Shown here: positions 47,094 through 58,800 of the stretch, piece by piece
Numbering within the stretch: the first letter of the stretch is position 1
Layout of the letters: each line of letters opens with the position of its first letter
Source of the DNA: Selaginella moellendorffii
Lineage: Eukaryota > Plantae > Lycopodiophyta
NCBI RefSeq assembly: GCF_000143415.4
Contig: NW_003314308.1
Location: 124,001-188,000, forward strand
Reading direction: 5' to 3'
Length of the DNA: 64,000 nt
Made by a program: the position numbers and the translations under genes
The notes under the pieces: model-generated
Databases searched by the model: none
What the model saw: the letters and a program-made list of their open reading frames with translations, nothing else
Told to the model about the DNA's origin: nothing

Positions 47094-49203
47094 TCAAAAG
47101 TAAGACGCGTTGCCTACATTGCGCATGACTAAAACTTTGGTTTCGAGCATGTCGTCCATCGCGTACTTGACACCCTCTCGTTGGATTCCAGAGTCTTTGA
47201 TCCCACCGTATGGCTGGCTATCAACGCGCATGCTTGGCGAATCGTTGAGGCAAACTCCTCCAGCCTGTGAGGATCAAATAATCATCAAACAATCAATCAA
47301 TACTTTCTATATCTCAAACGCAAAGCTACCTCTATGTGCTCAAACGCATAGAAGGCCTTGTTTAGATCACGCGTAAAGACGCCGGCTTGGAGACCATAAT
47401 GCGTGTTGTTAGCCTCCTTCACGGCTTCCTTGAAATCACTGCGTCACCACCGTTTTAATTTAGAGAAAGAAAAAAGGAAGTAAAGAAGAACGTTGCGAGC
47501 TAAGAAACTTTGAGAGCTTACTTGTATGAGTAGAGAAGGATCACGGGACCGAAAATCTCTTCCTTCCTTGCGTCCGTGTCAAAGGGAGCGTCTTCCAGGA
47601 CTGTTGGCTCCATGAAAGCTCCCCTTCGCTTACCACCAACTAGAAGTTTGGCGCCTGCCTTCACTGCCTCGTTCACGCTCTTCTCCACAGTAGCTGCCGA
47701 CGACTCGGATATCATGGGCCCGATGGACGTGTCGTCTTGGCGAGGATCGCCACCTTTGAGTTTCTTAACGGCAGCGATCAATGCGTCCTTCACCTACACA
47801 ACCAGCACCAGATACGTTAGATCAAAGCTCGATTTGAGAACAAAGAATACGATAGAATTTAAAGACGGGTGTCGGATACCTCCTTGTAAAGGCCACCTCT
47901 CACGTAAAGACGCTGCATGTGAATGCACGACTGGCCGCTTTGATAGAATCCCCCATGGACCAACCTAGCGATTGTGCCTTCCAGGTCTGGAACGAGATCT
48001 TCCACTATGCATGGAGCATTGCCTCCCAGCTCCATAACCACCTGTAAGAGGAATCAAAGAAGTTGAAGAAAGCGAAGCTCCATCTGAAGGAAGAAAGCGA
48101 AAGAAAAAATAAAAAGAAAGAGCCGACGAACCTTCTTCTTTCCGGCTCGAGCTTTCATATTCCAGCCAGCCATGCCAGAGCCTGTAAATGTGAGAAGCTT
48201 GAAGCGATCGTCGGTCGTGAAAGCATCAGCTTCGTTGCGAGTGGTAGGGAGGATGGAAAAGGCACCCTTGGGAAGACTGTCACACGATGCTAGAATCTCT
48301 CCCAGGAAAAGCGCCGAGAGTGGAGTCCGACTGCTCGGCTTTAGGACAAACGGACACCCCACAGCAATGGCCGGTGCCACCTTGTGTGCAACCAGGTTGA
48401 GCGGGAAGTTCCACGGGCTTACCATCGAAACCGGCCCAATAGGGAACTTCTTTACAATACCCTGCACCAAGCGTTCTCCTTATAACTTGCCAATAGTTGA
48501 CAAAAAAAAAGAGTAGCTTACCTCTATGCCTTTGTTGCGTGCTGAAATATCCAGTGGAAGAACTTCCCCGTAAATCCGAGTAGCTTCCTCGGCAGCTACT
48601 TCAAAAGTGTCGATGGATCGCTGAACTTCACCCCTTGCATCCTTGATCGGTTTCCCGGACTCGGTGGTTATCAGTTGAGCAATCTCCTCGGACCTTTTTT
48701 CGAGCTCGAAAACAATCTGGCAAGCATCGAGAGTCAGTAAGTGAGAAGGAAGAACAAATGCAAGACTAAAATGGAAAGAATGTGGATGTTTTCTAATGTT
48801 TTCTCAAGCGAACAAAGAAGCAAGTATCAAGAGCAAGTGAGAAGGAAGAAAGAATGGAAAGAATGTGGATGCTTTCTAATGTTTTCTACAAAGAAATTTG
48901 GAGCTACGAGAGATGAGAGCGATGCAAAAATCCATACCTTTCTAAGCACCGCCTTGCGCTCGTAGGAAGGTAACGCCGCCATCGCCGGTGCCGCTTTCAC
49001 GCATTCCTGGATCGCCTCTTCGATGTCCTCGGGAGACGCCAGCGGCACCTTGGCGGCTGGAAAGTCCCTCATCGCAAATTTTTGAGCGAAATATTTCGAT
49101 CGATCACATACATACCCGCTTGCCCGGTGTGCTTGTCGATCACATCCAGGTAATTCGCCGATTGATCCCTGGCGCAGCTCGCAATATACATGGGAAATTT
49201 CAT
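47094..49203 (-). CDS. ALDH21: Aldehyde dehydrogenase, family 21-like
   Basis: PWNFPLNLVAHKVAPAIAVGCPFVLKP; FTGS; MELGGNA; FYQSGQSCIH; EEIFGPV; QPYGGIKDSG. Confidence 0.85.
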
Positions 49204-49429
49204 CCTGGATCCTGCCGATGATCGAAGACGCTAGATCGATGGATGCGAAATACCTCTCTCCAATCGAAGGAAACTCGACCTAGATAGCCAGCTGCTGGCT
49301 TAGATGGCAGCATTTCAAGCGCTCAACGTGTCCCACTCTCTCTAATAAACCCTAGAAAAGAAGATACGAATATTCGTTCAAAGAATATTCTTTTACAAAA
49401 CTTTTTCATACAAGCGCGCGAGGATAATG

Positions 49430-50047
49430 CTAAGCTTGTCCCAGCCATTTTGCGCGATAGCCAGTTCCTTTGCATTGATCGCAATTCACGACCCCCTGGA
49501 AACTACCACTCGTTAGAACCGATCAAACGAGAAGAGGAAGAGATGATCGATCGATCGATCGATCGCTCGCTCACCTTTCCAGCGCAAATGTAGCAGCTAG
49601 TGTTGTGGGACGAGATCTCGCACAGGACATTGTCGCCGAGGATGAAGAAGCCCGTCCCTTTGCACCACGGGCACTCTCTCTTGCCGCAAGCTTGGCACCG
49701 AGAACAAGCCACCGGCCTGGGTTGCTGGGATCAATCGATCAAACGCGATCGCCGAAGAATCGCAAGAGGAAAGAATTGCGAAGAGGGAGAGATTTTACCT
49801 TGGAAATCAGCCATGTCTGCTCCATTCTCTGGATAAACCCGGGCATGTCTCCCTCCTCCTCTTTGGCGCTGTCCGATGGCCCCGCGATCACGCCCGAGCT
49901 TGCTACTACGCGAATCCTGGATGAAACCACTCGATGCCTCCAGATTCTACTGCGAATCCCCAGCGCTGGAGCCGCATCGAAGCTACAGGAGCAGCCGCCA
50001 CTGGGCGCCGGACCAGCGCCGACGATGATCGCTCTCGACGATTCCAT
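49430..50047 (-). CDS. DnaJ-type cysteine-rich zinc-finger protein, probably plastid-targeted, 3 exons
   Basis: WLISK|QPRPVACSRC..CPWCKGTGFFILGDN..CYICAGK|GVVNCDQCKGTGYRAKWLG. Confidence 0.88.
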
Positions 50048-50138
50048 TTACCCTAGATTCTGAGCGAATATCCTTACACTTGAACATGACTCTCGTGTTC
50101 GTGGGGCCTAGGGCTCTTCCACTTCCCTGGGGTTTTCC

Positions 50139-52832
50139 ATGGAAGATGGAGCTCGCATCGATTTGGCAGAGCCGCTGCTGGATGGGAACAAGCCCGGCGA
50201 CCTCCCGCCGGGCGCATTGGACAGCTTGAATTACGAGTAGCGATTCTTTCTCTCCTCGTTTCCTTCAGTGTTCTTGAGTGATCTCTTCTTTTTCTTGCAG
50301 AATCGTGGAGAATGATCTGTATCGGCAAGACTGGCGATTAACCTCGCGATTCGGCATACTCCATTACACAATCTGCAAGTGGATCCTGGTATTTCTGGTT
50401 GGATTTTGGACCGGCGTCGTGTCTCTCTTGATCAATGTGGCTGTGGAGAACATTGCTGGGACGAGATTTCTTGCGACAGTCGATTTAATGGCTTCTAACA
50501 GGTATGATTTCTTTCGTTTTCCGCAAGAACAGTATCAGTATCTAATAAAAAAATAAATCTTAGAGATGTCTCTTAGAAGTGTTTTTTCGTTTGCTAGCGA
50601 CTTGTGATTCTTTGAAATAACTGGTCCATTTTTTTCTTTTTTTGTTTTTCGGGCTCAGAATCGCTATGGCTTTCGCTGTCTATGCCGGAAGCAATATCGT
50701 GCTGGTTCTACTATCGGCTTTACTTTGCATTTACGTTGCTCCAGAAGCGGCAGGATCCGGAGTTCCGGAAGTCGAAGCTTATCTCAATGGTGTCGATTGC
50801 TCCTCGGCCTTGCGTTTCAACACATTTTTTGTCAAGGTTTGCATTGTTTCTTCATTGAATCTTCATCGATGAAGGTTCTTTCGTGTTCGATCTTTGAGTT
50901 TGATCTTCCAGGTGGTAGGAATTGTTGGTGCTCTTTCGAGCGGTCTTATGTGTGGTAAAGCTGGGCCTTTGGTTCATATGGCCGCTTGTATAGCGTTTTT
51001 CTTCGGGCAGCCTGGTTTTACACATCGTTTGCTGGGTTTTACGAAGCTAGATCTTCTTGACAACGATAAAAACCGTCAGGATCTCGTCGCTTGCGGAGCT
51101 GCCGCGGGGCTTGCTGCGGCTTTTCGAGCACCCATCGGTGGAGTTCTTTTTGCTTTGGAAGAAGCTGCCTCATGGTAAGAGTGAGGGATTTTCTTCTACG
51201 CATTATCTTTCTCTTGATCGTTAAGCTGCATTTCTGGCTTCGCAGGTGGAGAAGCGCGCTGCTATGGAGGACCTTCTTTACAACTGCAGTCGTCTCCTAC
51301 GTCCTGAGAATCGGCATTCACTGGTGCCGCCATGGTCACTGTGGAAGCTACGGAAAGGGTGGCTTGATACTTTTCGACGTAGGAGACGCGGGAGTAAACT
51401 ATGGTTTGCTCGAGCTTGTTCCAGTCGCAATTCTGGGTGTTATAGGCGGCACACTGGGAAGCTTGTACAACCATCTTCACGCGCATTTCTTCTTGTTCAA
51501 CACAAAGTGGCAAAGCAGGTACTTCCTCAAAATTTTATCTTCTCGCGCCTACTTATGCGTGTTTATTTGGCTGTAGAAAAGGAGTTTTTGCCAAGCTCTT
51601 TCATGCTGCGCTGGTAGCGTTTATCACTTCTATCTGCAGCTTTGGCCTTCCTTGGCTTGCCCCATGCCGGCAATGCCCCCCAAATAACGAAGAATGCCCG
51701 ACTCACGGACGCGTTGGAAACTACAAAGCTTTCAACTGTCCTCCTGGTCACTACAACGATCTGGCCGGGCTTATATTCAACACCACCGAGGACGCGATAC
51801 GAAACCTTTTCAGCCTTGGTACGCCCTTCGAGTACAACTATATCACGCTGCTGATCTTCACGGCCTCGTCCTATATGCTCGCCTTGATGACTTACGGGAT
51901 CCTCGTTCCATCGGGGTTATTCGTTCCGGCAATTCTCTGTGGAGCAACTTATGGCCGGCTCGCTGGCATGGTGATGGTTTCGATATTTGGACACGACCGT
52001 CTGGACGAGAGCATGTACGCTATCATCGGTGCTGCTTCTTTCCTCGGTGGCTCCATGAGGATGACGGTCTCTCTCTGCGTCGTCATTCTGGAGCTCACGA
52101 ACAACTTATCGATGCTTCCGCTGGTGATGTTTGTGCTGCTCATCTCCAAGGTGGTCGGGGACTGTTTCAACTATGGGATCTTCAAGCTCCACATCGACAT
52201 CAAGGGGTTTGATTTTCTCAAGGAGGCTCCTCCTCCGTTTATGTCCCAGCTTACAGCTCGTGATGCCATCCTGACGCCTCCAGTGACACTCTACCGCGAA
52301 GAGAAGATTGGGAGAATTCTCGACGTCCTCTCCGGCTGTTCCTACAACGCCTTTCCGGTGCTGGATCGTGAACCCGACGGCAAGGACAGGTTTTTCGGGA
52401 TGGTTTTGCGAGCTCACATCCACGTCCTCCTGGAGATGAGATCCGCGAACTCGCCGAAGAAGATCGCAGTGAAAACCGTGAGAAAACACCCGGCTGCGCA
52501 ACGATCTCTCTCGGGGAATTGTTTGGAGGTGGAGAGCCTGCTCGATCTAACTCCAGTCGTGAACCAGTCGCCTTACACGGTGTTAGAGACACTGTCACTG
52601 GCAAAGACGTACTCTCTCTTCCGGCAGCTTGCGTTGAGACATCTTTGTGTTCTTTCCAAGAACAAGGAGGTATGTATGTTTCTCTCTCTTTTTTCTCTCT
52701 TTTTTATGCTCACTTCCTTCACAGGGATCTCCCGTGGTGGGAGTGTTAACGAGGCACGATTTTATGCAAAGCTCTCTCTGGAAGAAGCATCCACAACTGG
52801 GACGTTTATCTTCTTTTAGGATTTTGGAGTGA
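50139..52832 (+). CDS. CLC anion channel/transporter with CBS domains
   Basis: GSGVPE, GKAGP, AAFRAPIGGVLFALEE, PSGLFVP, MRMTVSLCV, C-terminal CBS (LRHLCV). Confidence 0.95.
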
Positions 52833-52975
52833 TGATACAGGAAGAAATGAACGACGGGGCTGGATTTTGTTTAGTCCGACGGCTGCGATTCGCGATCAAC
52901 TTAATCTCAGGTGAAAACTAACCTCTCTGTTTAATACAAATAAGATCTTAGTCGACACTGATTTCTTCGACACTC

Positions 52976-54100
52976 TTGCCTGCGCAAGATCGAGGTGCCT
53001 GGAATCACTCTGGAGATTGTATGCTTTCTCAGGTTTTGAAAGGTGGCAGAGAATTCAAGACTGCCATCCTTCAGAATGTCGATGACGTCTATGCAGCAGC
53101 AGTTGGTCTCAGCATGCACGTCGTTTCCCGCGATCCGGCAAACACCGACTCGATCGTCTTGAGCTGCGTCAAGGAAGCTCAAACCAGCGCCACCTCTGTA
53201 TATGCTGTTTTGATAGTCTCGCGGTGCCCAACTGGAAGCATGAGAAGAAGATGGGATGGCGTGAGCGGTGAGTGGGTTGATTGCGAGGAGGCCACCAACG
53301 AGGACGCGAAAACGATAATCCAACTTACGCTTTTTCATCCATGGGAACACTCTCGCTGCATTCATGGCAATGGCACCACCAGAGCAGCTCGCAGCCGCGA
53401 AGCATTTCGCCAAATCTTGCCACTACCCCTGCAATATATAGTGCGAGTATGGACAAGTGGGGAGACGTGTGGGATCAGGATATGGTGCAGTCGAGCCTGT
53501 TGGAGGGACTGAAGGCTCCAATCGTGCGGCTACGGACATGAATTCCCGAAATGAAAGTGGGGGACAGGGACAGGCTCAGAGCGGATGTACGAGTTTCAAA
53601 AGCATTTACAGGTGCAGAAACGTGCTGCATTTTTCAAAGAACAAGTTGAAGCTGTGGAGCCACAAAAAAGTTGGAAGTATTGGAATTGGAGCCACCCCTT
53701 CCGCCATCCAAGCAGGCCCTGGATTGATTGCATGGAGGGTCTGGCTCGTCCTTATTTCCCTCTTGCGGCTGAGCTGGACGGGGAATGGAACTCGGGGGAC
53801 CGCCTCCATACTCTCTGCTTGGCGGGGAGGATTGGGACGAGTCGCCAGCAATCCCAGCGACGCACAGCTTTGAGGCGGCTAGCCTTTGACGACTTCGAGG
53901 AGATTGTCAACAAGAAGTGCATGGCTAGCGGCTTTGGCTTCTCCTCAAACAGGCGCGTCGCCCTCGTCCGTCAAGGACGCTTTGAAGAGTTAGGCCGAGC
54001 TCATGATGCGCGACGAAGCTCCGACTCGTACCACTTCGTCGAGAAAGAGAAAGGACGCTACCACTACCGCTGCTGCTGCTGCTACAAAAGATGGCGGTGG
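52976..54100 (+). other. Possible frameshifted coding relic of unknown family
   Basis: Consecutive GC-rich ORFs in shifting frames (52976..53512, 53281..53541, 53585..). No motif identified. Confidence 0.25.
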
Positions 54101-54669
54101 AGTCCAAGAGGAAGAAACCGAGCAATGACATCTTCACGCTGTGGGAGAACTTCAAGTACGGGAATCAGCCAGCTGCTACTCCACTTCTCTCAACTTGCAG
54201 AAGCTTCAAGAGGCCCTCGAGCTCCATATTCTCTGGGACAGAACAGTTCCACTTGCAGAGGAGGAAAGCGTGCAAAACGAACCATGATTTTACCACTTGG
54301 AACACAACTTTGGAAACCAGGTTCCCGGGATCTCTCTTCAAGCTCACTCGTCTCTTTACAGAGGTTGCCAGAAAACAAGCCACGCGGTAGAGAACTTAGA
54401 CAAAACTTTGAGACGAGGTTCCAATTACCAGGTTCGACTTCGAACCTCCTGTGTTGTACAAGCCCGCTTTGTTTTACACAGGTCTCGCTAGCTAGACGTA
54501 AAGCCTCCTAACTTACCACTTTACCATTCGCTCGTACTACGTAAAGCCTCCACTTCTCTCCCATTTTACAAGTGTTAGTCTCTCGCCGAATACCCACTCT
54601 ATACTCGTAAACCTGCAAGAGAAGAAGATTGACAGAGAGAAAGAGAGTCAAAGGATCACAAACCTCTTT

Positions 54670-54697
54670 CTATTGCATAACAACAACTCCACCCGTT

Positions 54698-54741
<44 letters not shown>

Positions 54742-54749
54742 TTGCTGTT

Positions 54750-54783
<34 letters not shown>

Positions 54784-56871
54784 AATTTGTTGCTGCTGCT
54801 GCTGTTGAATGTGTTGTTGTTGCTGCTGCTGCTGAATCTGCTGCCGTAGCTGCAGCTGCATCTGCTGCTGTAACATACACGCATGGTACATGTCCATTGT
54901 CATGTTTAGTGGCTGCCAAAGAAACAAGACAACACAGAACAACAAAGTCCACGTTTTATAAGAGCAAACCTTTCAACTGTGAGGTAAAAGAACGAGGAGA
55001 GAAATATGGGAACGGGCTTTGCTTGCTTACCATGGGGCCGCTGGTTAAGGGTCGCCCGACGGAGTCCATTACTCCCATTCCCATCACTCCCATCCCCATA
55101 CCCATTCCCATCCCCAGCGTTGGCATCTGCGGCATTTGCAAGTGCTGCATCCCCGCCGGGATTATCATTGGTGGTAAGCTCAAGCCGGTCCTCATAGCCA
55201 TCATCTGGAAGAGACGAGGAACACAAAGAGAAAGCTTGTTACGATGAGACTTTGCTGGATCCAGGTGAAAGTACCTGGAGTTGGAGCTGGAGCATCTTGA
55301 GATACTCGATCGCTTCGTCCAGCATTGATGCCTTGTCCGTCTGGTAGAGAAAGTGGTGTCTCTCAGCGGGAGAAAGCTTTGAAAAGAGCTTACCTTGTTG
55401 GAGTTTGGTATAAGTTCTTGCAAAGCTTTCATCTTCTCGTTTATCCGGTCGCGCCTTCTCTGCGATCCAGGAGAGGAAACGTTCATGCAAAAGCGTTTGA
55501 GAACAACCGAGACGACGTACCCGCTCGGAAAGATTGTGCACCTCGGCTGCCCTGCTTCGCTTGGAACTCGTCCGCGCGGGCGGGGCTTTCTTCACATCAA
55601 CCGATTCTCCTTCCACGTCCTAGATCCGACACGAAAGTTCAAAACACCACCAAAGAACAACCACTTACTTCGCTTTGGCAGTCCGCAGACTCGTCCACAC
55701 TCTTCACCTTCCTCTTTCCTTTGGCATTGCTTCCCTTGGCTCCGTCCGCGCTGTGACCGGATCCACCTGAGGACGAAGTTAGCGTCTGCTCGTTCCCATC
55801 AGCAGCAGTCGCACTGGAGCTCGGCTGAGAATCCTTCCCCCTTGTCCCTGCCGCCTCTTTCCTCGACGTGCAACTTATCAGCGATGGCAAGCTCGACTGG
55901 CTCACGCTCTGCTGCGCCTCCGAGCTCTGTTCTTGAGCAACTGCGCTTCTCTGCGTGGGAGCCGAGCCAATCGATCCTTCGACAACACCGTTGGACGCAG
56001 CCGCCGGTGCCACTGCTACCGCAGCATCGTTCTTCTTAAACTGCATCTGCAAATGGTTCGTGATGCTCGTACTACACTTCCCAAGCGTGTGCAAACTCGC
56101 CTTCGCGATCACGGCCGGTCGAGAAAAGTGTGAGAAGTTGAGCGACGAGTTGACTTTGTGAGCCTTGGGTGGCAGCATGGCAAGATGACGAGGCTTTTTC
56201 GCCGGATCGGCCCACTGTGACGCCCCTGCCGGATGAATCACAACACCATCTGTAGCTGAGTCCCTCGACCCTGTTCTAGCCATCGTCGGAGCTCCGCTAG
56301 AAGCCTGTTGTTGCGAATCACGGGGAGCCACCTGGGAGGACTGATCATGCAAAGCCTGAGTGCTGAAGATGTCTGAGCAATTGTTCTTATCCAGATTGTC
56401 GTCCGGATACTGCAACCAGGAGATCAATTCATCCTCTTCGTAAGCAGCAGCAGCAGCAGTAGTAGCAGCCACGGTCTCTGTCCCGACCGCGCTGATCACC
56501 ACAGCATCCAAAGTTCCATCTTTTATCCTGTTGTCGCTGGATGGCTTGCTACTCGAGGGTGCCAATCGATCCTCATTGCCGTGCCTATTGTTACCCCAGA
56601 TTCCTGAAGAGACCCACTGCGAATTCTTGTTTCCGCCGACTTGCATCACGCCCAAGCTCCCATCGCTCGTCCATATCAACTCGGAGAAGTCGTTCTCGCA
56701 GCTGCCATGATAGTGGAGAGTGTAAGCATTGTCAAGAACAACACACCAAAAAAAAAAAAAAAAAAAAAATTCTGGAAAGAGTACTCACAACTTTGGATTG
56801 TTCTTTGCTGCTGGCGATTCCTGAGATTTTTCTGTTGGAAATTCATCGCAGTCGGGAACACAATGATTCAT
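54670..56871 (-). CDS. PIF: Phytochrome-interacting factor (bHLH)
   Basis: MNHCVPD start; APB-like [14 protein letters not shown]; [11 protein letters not shown]; [11 protein letters not shown]; b[58 protein letters not shown]. Confidence 0.92.
54700..54870 (-). repeat. CAG/CAA trinucleotide tract encoding the C-terminal poly-Q of PIF
   Basis: (ctg/ttg)n on the + strand; ORF 54670..54945. Confidence 0.9.
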
Positions 56872-58800
56872 GCCTGCAATCGACCGAAATTTCCAGTGAA
56901 TGCAGGTGTGGGATCGATGATACCTTGCGAGGCAGCTCTGGTAGACCCAAAATCGAATCTGATCACTCTCCTGGATCCGCTGGAAGCCTCGCGCCTCCAG
57001 CCGTCAAGCCGCAAAAAACAGAAAAACCCTAGCCCCCTGACTGCGAGCTTCCTGCTCTAAGCTCCATGAATCGAGCACTCCTAGAACCATCGATCGTGGC
57101 GCGATGGATACAAGATCTCCGGCGAGGGATCGTCGGGATCAGATCGCCCCAAGAAGCGCAAGAGAGCAATTTCTCAAGTCGATTCTAGCCTCTACTCCTA
57201 GAACAGCCAAGCAATCAGCGACATCTTTCGTGATAGATCCGACGGCCAGGATGGGGCATTGCCCGCCAAGTGCGCAGATCTTTCCCGGAATGATGCTCGC
57301 AGCGGAATGGCGACTCGATGGCGCAACCTAGACCGTTTGATGTTTACCATTTATGTCATGAGATTCCCGCTCAAATTTAAGTTTTAGGGCTTTGTGGGTG
57401 AATAATATTTCACCAGCGGATCGATCGAGCGAGGCGCAGCGCCAGGTTCATCCTTGATTTCTTCCGATCTACGCTTCCTTGACGCTGGCCCTGGGATGGA
57501 AGCCATGGCGGGCAAGCATCGCCAAGGAGCGCGCGTGAGTAGACGATCGATCGAGATCATTGTTTTTTCATCCTCTCCAGGTGGGCCAATCTTTGCTAGG
57601 CCAATCTCCACAGTAATCGCGTGGATTGGATTGATCACTTTCATAGTTTGTCTCGAAAATTGATTGAGCTGATTGTTCTTCCCCTCTTTCTCGATTGATT
57701 AGTCTTTTTCCCGTTTATTTTTCACTGTCAGGTCCTCCACATGCTAAGCAGGGGCCCATACCTCTGGCCATGAAATATTGGCTGCCACTATGAAGATTTG
57801 GTTCATTGTCGGTATAAGGTAATGCCAAGCCAGTGATAAGCCTTACGTTTGCAAGTAAGCCTCCAAAGGCCGAGTCGCTGTCAGGTGGGATAATTTTTGC
57901 TTTTGCTGCCACACTTTCATTGACAAGAAAACGATATTTGTCGTGCAGCAAACTCAGAACTGGGTTGTCGAGCTTGGCTTGGTGTGCGAGACTAAAAATT
58001 TTGGTGGCAAGTGTGGAGCGAGTCTTCAACACTCCCGGGTTTTATATCGTAAACGTGCTCCGGAAATTGGTAACTTTGGCCGAACGTCGTTGATTCTCGT
58101 TTTCTTATAGGCCATCAGCAGGAGACATTTCAAAGGGCGTCTTAGTTGGACGTTGGCTGCTATCAATCACCCCAATTTGGATGCTTGCACAGGCCTATTG
58201 CTACGCTTGGCAACGAGTGCTCATTTTGTCAACGAGCGCCGTGGGTGATTCGCAAAGTTCCGTCCGCTCGGAAAAAAGCAAGGACAATGTTTTTCCGGGA
58301 GAGCTTCCAAAGTAATTATCCCCTTCTAGTACTGCATCCCTTTCTACTTGGGCTCCACCGGGAAAATCCTGCTTGCAGGTTCGAAAGTGTCGCTTTTTCT
58401 CTAACTTCGCTCCTGTTGCAGAAGATTCAAGCTGCAAGATGCTCTTACCACATATCGTGCTCACGACATTCAAGAGCTCAGGGACAAAGTGCGCAGCAGC
58501 GAGCACGAGGGGCATTGTACTGGGACTGCTCCTCGGCCACCCGTTCCTAAAATTCGTCAAAAGTGAGTGATGCCAAACTTCATTGGCTGTCATGCCTCGA
58601 CGTTTCTCACTCGGGGGGCTTTCAGTTGGAACGACGAGGGAAATCCGGTGCGAAGATTGCTCCCGCGTACGCTCCACTTACTTTGGGACGTAACAATCCA
58701 AGTCGTCCTCTCAGTGGCTTAAAATCGTTTTAAGGTGATACCATTGCTATGTTTTAATTTTTGTTTGTTTTCCAGGCACCATTTTAGGGTTTTGGGAATT

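Noticed and set aside
48741-48890. Short imperfect duplication within an ALDH21 intron
   Set aside because: Real but trivial local slippage; the ORFs over it are spurious.
52976-54511. Possible microbial-type terpene synthase or phosphotransferase (DDFEE, NDIFT, RY words)
   Set aside because: Motifs are in the wrong order or frame; no family can be assigned.
57715-58677. Minus-strand ORFs of 105 and 158 aa between PIF and COG3
   Set aside because: No recognisable motif or consistent splice model.
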